IMG/VR virus record: IMGVR_UViG_3300009183_000002
Location: 1-64,000 of that record
DNA: 64,000 nt
DNA from: a virus
Direction: 5' to 3' (one strand)
The position numbers were made by a program, and so were the translations under genes. The notes beneath the pieces were generated by a model. That model had not been told where the DNA came from, searched no databases, and was given only the letters and a program-made list of their open reading frames with translations. Every line of letters begins with the position of its first letter. Position 1 is the first letter of the stretch. Shown here piece by piece: positions 62,160 through 64,000 of the stretch.

Positions 62160-62642
62160 CCTACCGTCCTAAGCATGACGTTAAACTGCTTATCAAATCA
62201 CACATCCCTTAACATTTAATCTAATGACTTTCCCTTCTGGTTCTACTATCAACGAATGGTTTCAAAGCGCACACTCTGATGCTCTTGCAGCAGGAGGTAG
62301 TGTATACAACATAAAGAAACATGCTGAAGAACAGCTTGTTAAAACTGTTCTACGTTGGTCATACGCTAGCTTGATTCAAGATTTAGAACAACTTGGTTAC
62401 CGCGACAGGTCAAGGGTTGTTATTCATATACAAGAACTAGCAAACAGTTTGTACAGTACAAACAATGAAGAGTTTACCGATGATTATGAAGATGAAGACA
62501 GCAATGAGTATACAGAAGATAACAATGATCTTGATCAAGTTTTAATGACAAAGGAAGCACTCATCGATTTGCTAAATGAAACTATTAAAACTCTTAGTTA
62601 ATTAAATAACCTACCGTCCTAAGCATGACGTTAAACTGCTTA
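62157..62642 (+). repeat. perfect 36-bp direct repeats (62157-62192, 62607-62642) flanking one gene; family-3 pseudoknot
   Basis: TAACCTACCGTCCTAAGCATGACGTTAAACTGCTTA twice. Confidence 0.88.
62224..62601 (+). CDS. hypothetical protein with acidic tract, enclosed by the direct repeats
   Basis: 125-aa ORF. Confidence 0.7.
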   Translation: MTFPSGSTINEWFQSAHSDALAAGGSVYNIKKHAEEQLVKTVLRWSYASLIQDLEQLGYRDRSRVVIHIQELANSLYSTNNEEFTDDYEDEDSNEYTEDNNDLDQVLMTKEALIDLLNETIKTLS

Positions 62643-62669
62643 ACATTACTCACTCACTACAAACTCACT

Positions 62670-64000
62670 ATGCAATTCCAACTCCCTGAAAACTTACAAG
62701 TCGAGTTACTTGCGTATGACCCAACGCTCAAGCAACTAGCTCGCACTACTAACTCAAAGACTAAATCAGCTAAGCCTAAGTTTCCACTGGGTCAACCCTA
62801 TACTTTTGTACCAGAAGATGCAATCAAAGCATCATTGGTACAAGATGCAATTGACTTGATCAATCCTGAGCCTGTCGAACGTAGGTGGCATGAATTCAAA
62901 CGTGCTGTAGACACAAGTTTTAAAACCGTAAGTATCTTGTATCACTATGAATCAGTATGGTATGCCGCATGGCTACCGCCTAAAGGTAAAGAACAAGACT
63001 ATGTGTATGGCTTTGCCTTTGCATATAAAGATAACAAGACTTCTAGGAATATGATCCCTTATGAATTAAACAGAATACAAGACACACAATTAATTCCACA
63101 TGGCAAATCTAATTTCATTACCTATTCACGTGTTGTAACCAGACAAAATATTGTTGATGGTTATGACAGGCTCATGTCTCTGATACCACAGCTAGCTTGG
63201 AAGAAAGGTGGACAAATACGTGAATTAGTTAAACGCTTCAACGATTCACTAGCAGAAACAATTCCTACATGGAATGATTCTCGTCATGGGATATTTGGAC
63301 GCATCAAGAATTCAAGCTATGTTAAGTTACTTGAGATGGAACGTTACATACCAGAAGAAGACTGGCATACTTGGAAGCCTTCAGTTAATAATGTTTTTGC
63401 AATTATTGATGGCTTAAAAGGTGCCCCGTATGATTACAACTGGGGTTACCACAAACCCATTCGTCACATCATTGACAAACCATTCTTTCGTAAATGGATT
63501 CAAACCAAGTGTGATGAAGTTATACTGCGTCTAAATGATACAGAAAATCAATCAGAGATGGTTGTTAAACATCCATGGAATCAAATCACTGTGTTGTTTG
63601 AAGCCATTGGTTATGTCAATCGTGTATGGCCTGATTGTCCTGTTGATTACTACCAAACACATATCAATAATCTATTAGCTCTTTATAATCCACGCTGGCA
63701 ATTCGAAGGTAACCGCGTAAGTAACTGGTTGAATGAACACATGCCTGTTGCATCCTACTTTCACATAGTAGATAAACATGTTACTCAAGCTCCGGAGTTG
63801 ACTAATGCTTATCGTATGACTAGTACTATCTCTAGTAGCACTGGGCTTACTCAGTATTACTTTACCGAATGGAAAGATACATTGCAAATGCTGCATAAAG
63901 TATTGTGTCACAGAGAAGAGAAGAATATCGAAACACTAACGCCACCAAAGCGTTGGCGACTTACTGAGTTCCATGATTATGTACAAGCAGAAGCATGGAA
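62670..64000 (+). CDS. large protein truncated by the window end; possibly PcfJ-like
   Basis: Frame open from ATG 62670 (MQFQLPENLQVELLAYDP...) to the end (...PKRWRLTEFHDYVQAEAW); not in the ORF track. Confidence 0.75.
   Translation, partial: MQFQLPENLQVELLAYDPTLKQLARTTNSKTKSAKPKFPLGQPYTFVPEDAIKASLVQDAIDLINPEPVERRWHEFKRAVDTSFKTVSILYHYESVWYAAWLPPKGKEQDYVYGFAFAYKDNKTSRNMIPYELNRIQDTQLIPHGKSNFITYSRVVTRQNIVDGYDRLMSLIPQLAWKKGGQIRELVKRFNDSLAETIPTWNDSRHGIFGRIKNSSYVKLLEMERYIPEEDWHTWKPSVNNVFAIIDGLKGAPYDYNWGYHKPIRHIIDKPFFRKWIQTKCDEVILRLNDTENQSEMVVKHPWNQITVLFEAIGYVNRVWPDCPVDYYQTHINNLLALYNPRWQFEGNRVSNWLNEHMPVASYFHIVDKHVTQAPELTNAYRMTSTISSSTGLTQYYFTEWKDTLQMLHKVLCHREEKNIETLTPPKRWRLTEFHDYVQAEAW

Noticed and set aside
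62157-62642. Mini CRISPR array (36-bp repeats)
   Set aside because: Only two copies, separated by 414 bp containing a gene; no spacer-length units and no cas operon.
1-64000. Stop-codon reassignment
   Set aside because: Core genes are full length in the standard code, and TAA, TAG and TGA all terminate genes.

Overview
This window is most of a tailed dsDNA cyanophage genome. The gene content (Dps, SpeD, Dcd, NblA-like, Prim-Pol/D5 primase-helicase, capsid starting MFIDNDFPKILGAELYRPHP) recalls, from memory and not from a search, the freshwater/polar S-EIV1-like Synechococcus phages. Layout: about 1-25 kb holds replication, metabolism, lysis and tail-fibre genes. About 25-53.6 kb is a minus-strand virion block (internal proteins, TerL, portal, scaffold, major capsid, PG hydrolases). 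About 54.5-64 kb is a plus-strand cluster of short, probably early genes. No tRNA, rRNA, CRISPR array, integrase or reverse transcriptase was seen. The strongest candidate for an undescribed system is the early cluster. Its short genes are separated by three families of repeated, covarying structured spacers (T-loop hairpin plus pseudoknot or hairpin, a two-state switch, and an H-type pseudoknot), combined in modular fashion like a shuffling gene-cassette array. It also contains mosaic paralogous genes and a ~250-nt multi-branched RNA. Other highlights: a 608-nt portal/scaffold dual-coding overlap, a circularly permuted M23 peptidase, a SLOG domain fused to a large putative virion protein, a Dam-like protein lacking the catalytic motif, a ~190-bp palindromic origin-like element, and a tandem set of structured RNAs at 1.6-1.95 kb. 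All family calls are by-eye motif recognition; none was confirmed by database search.
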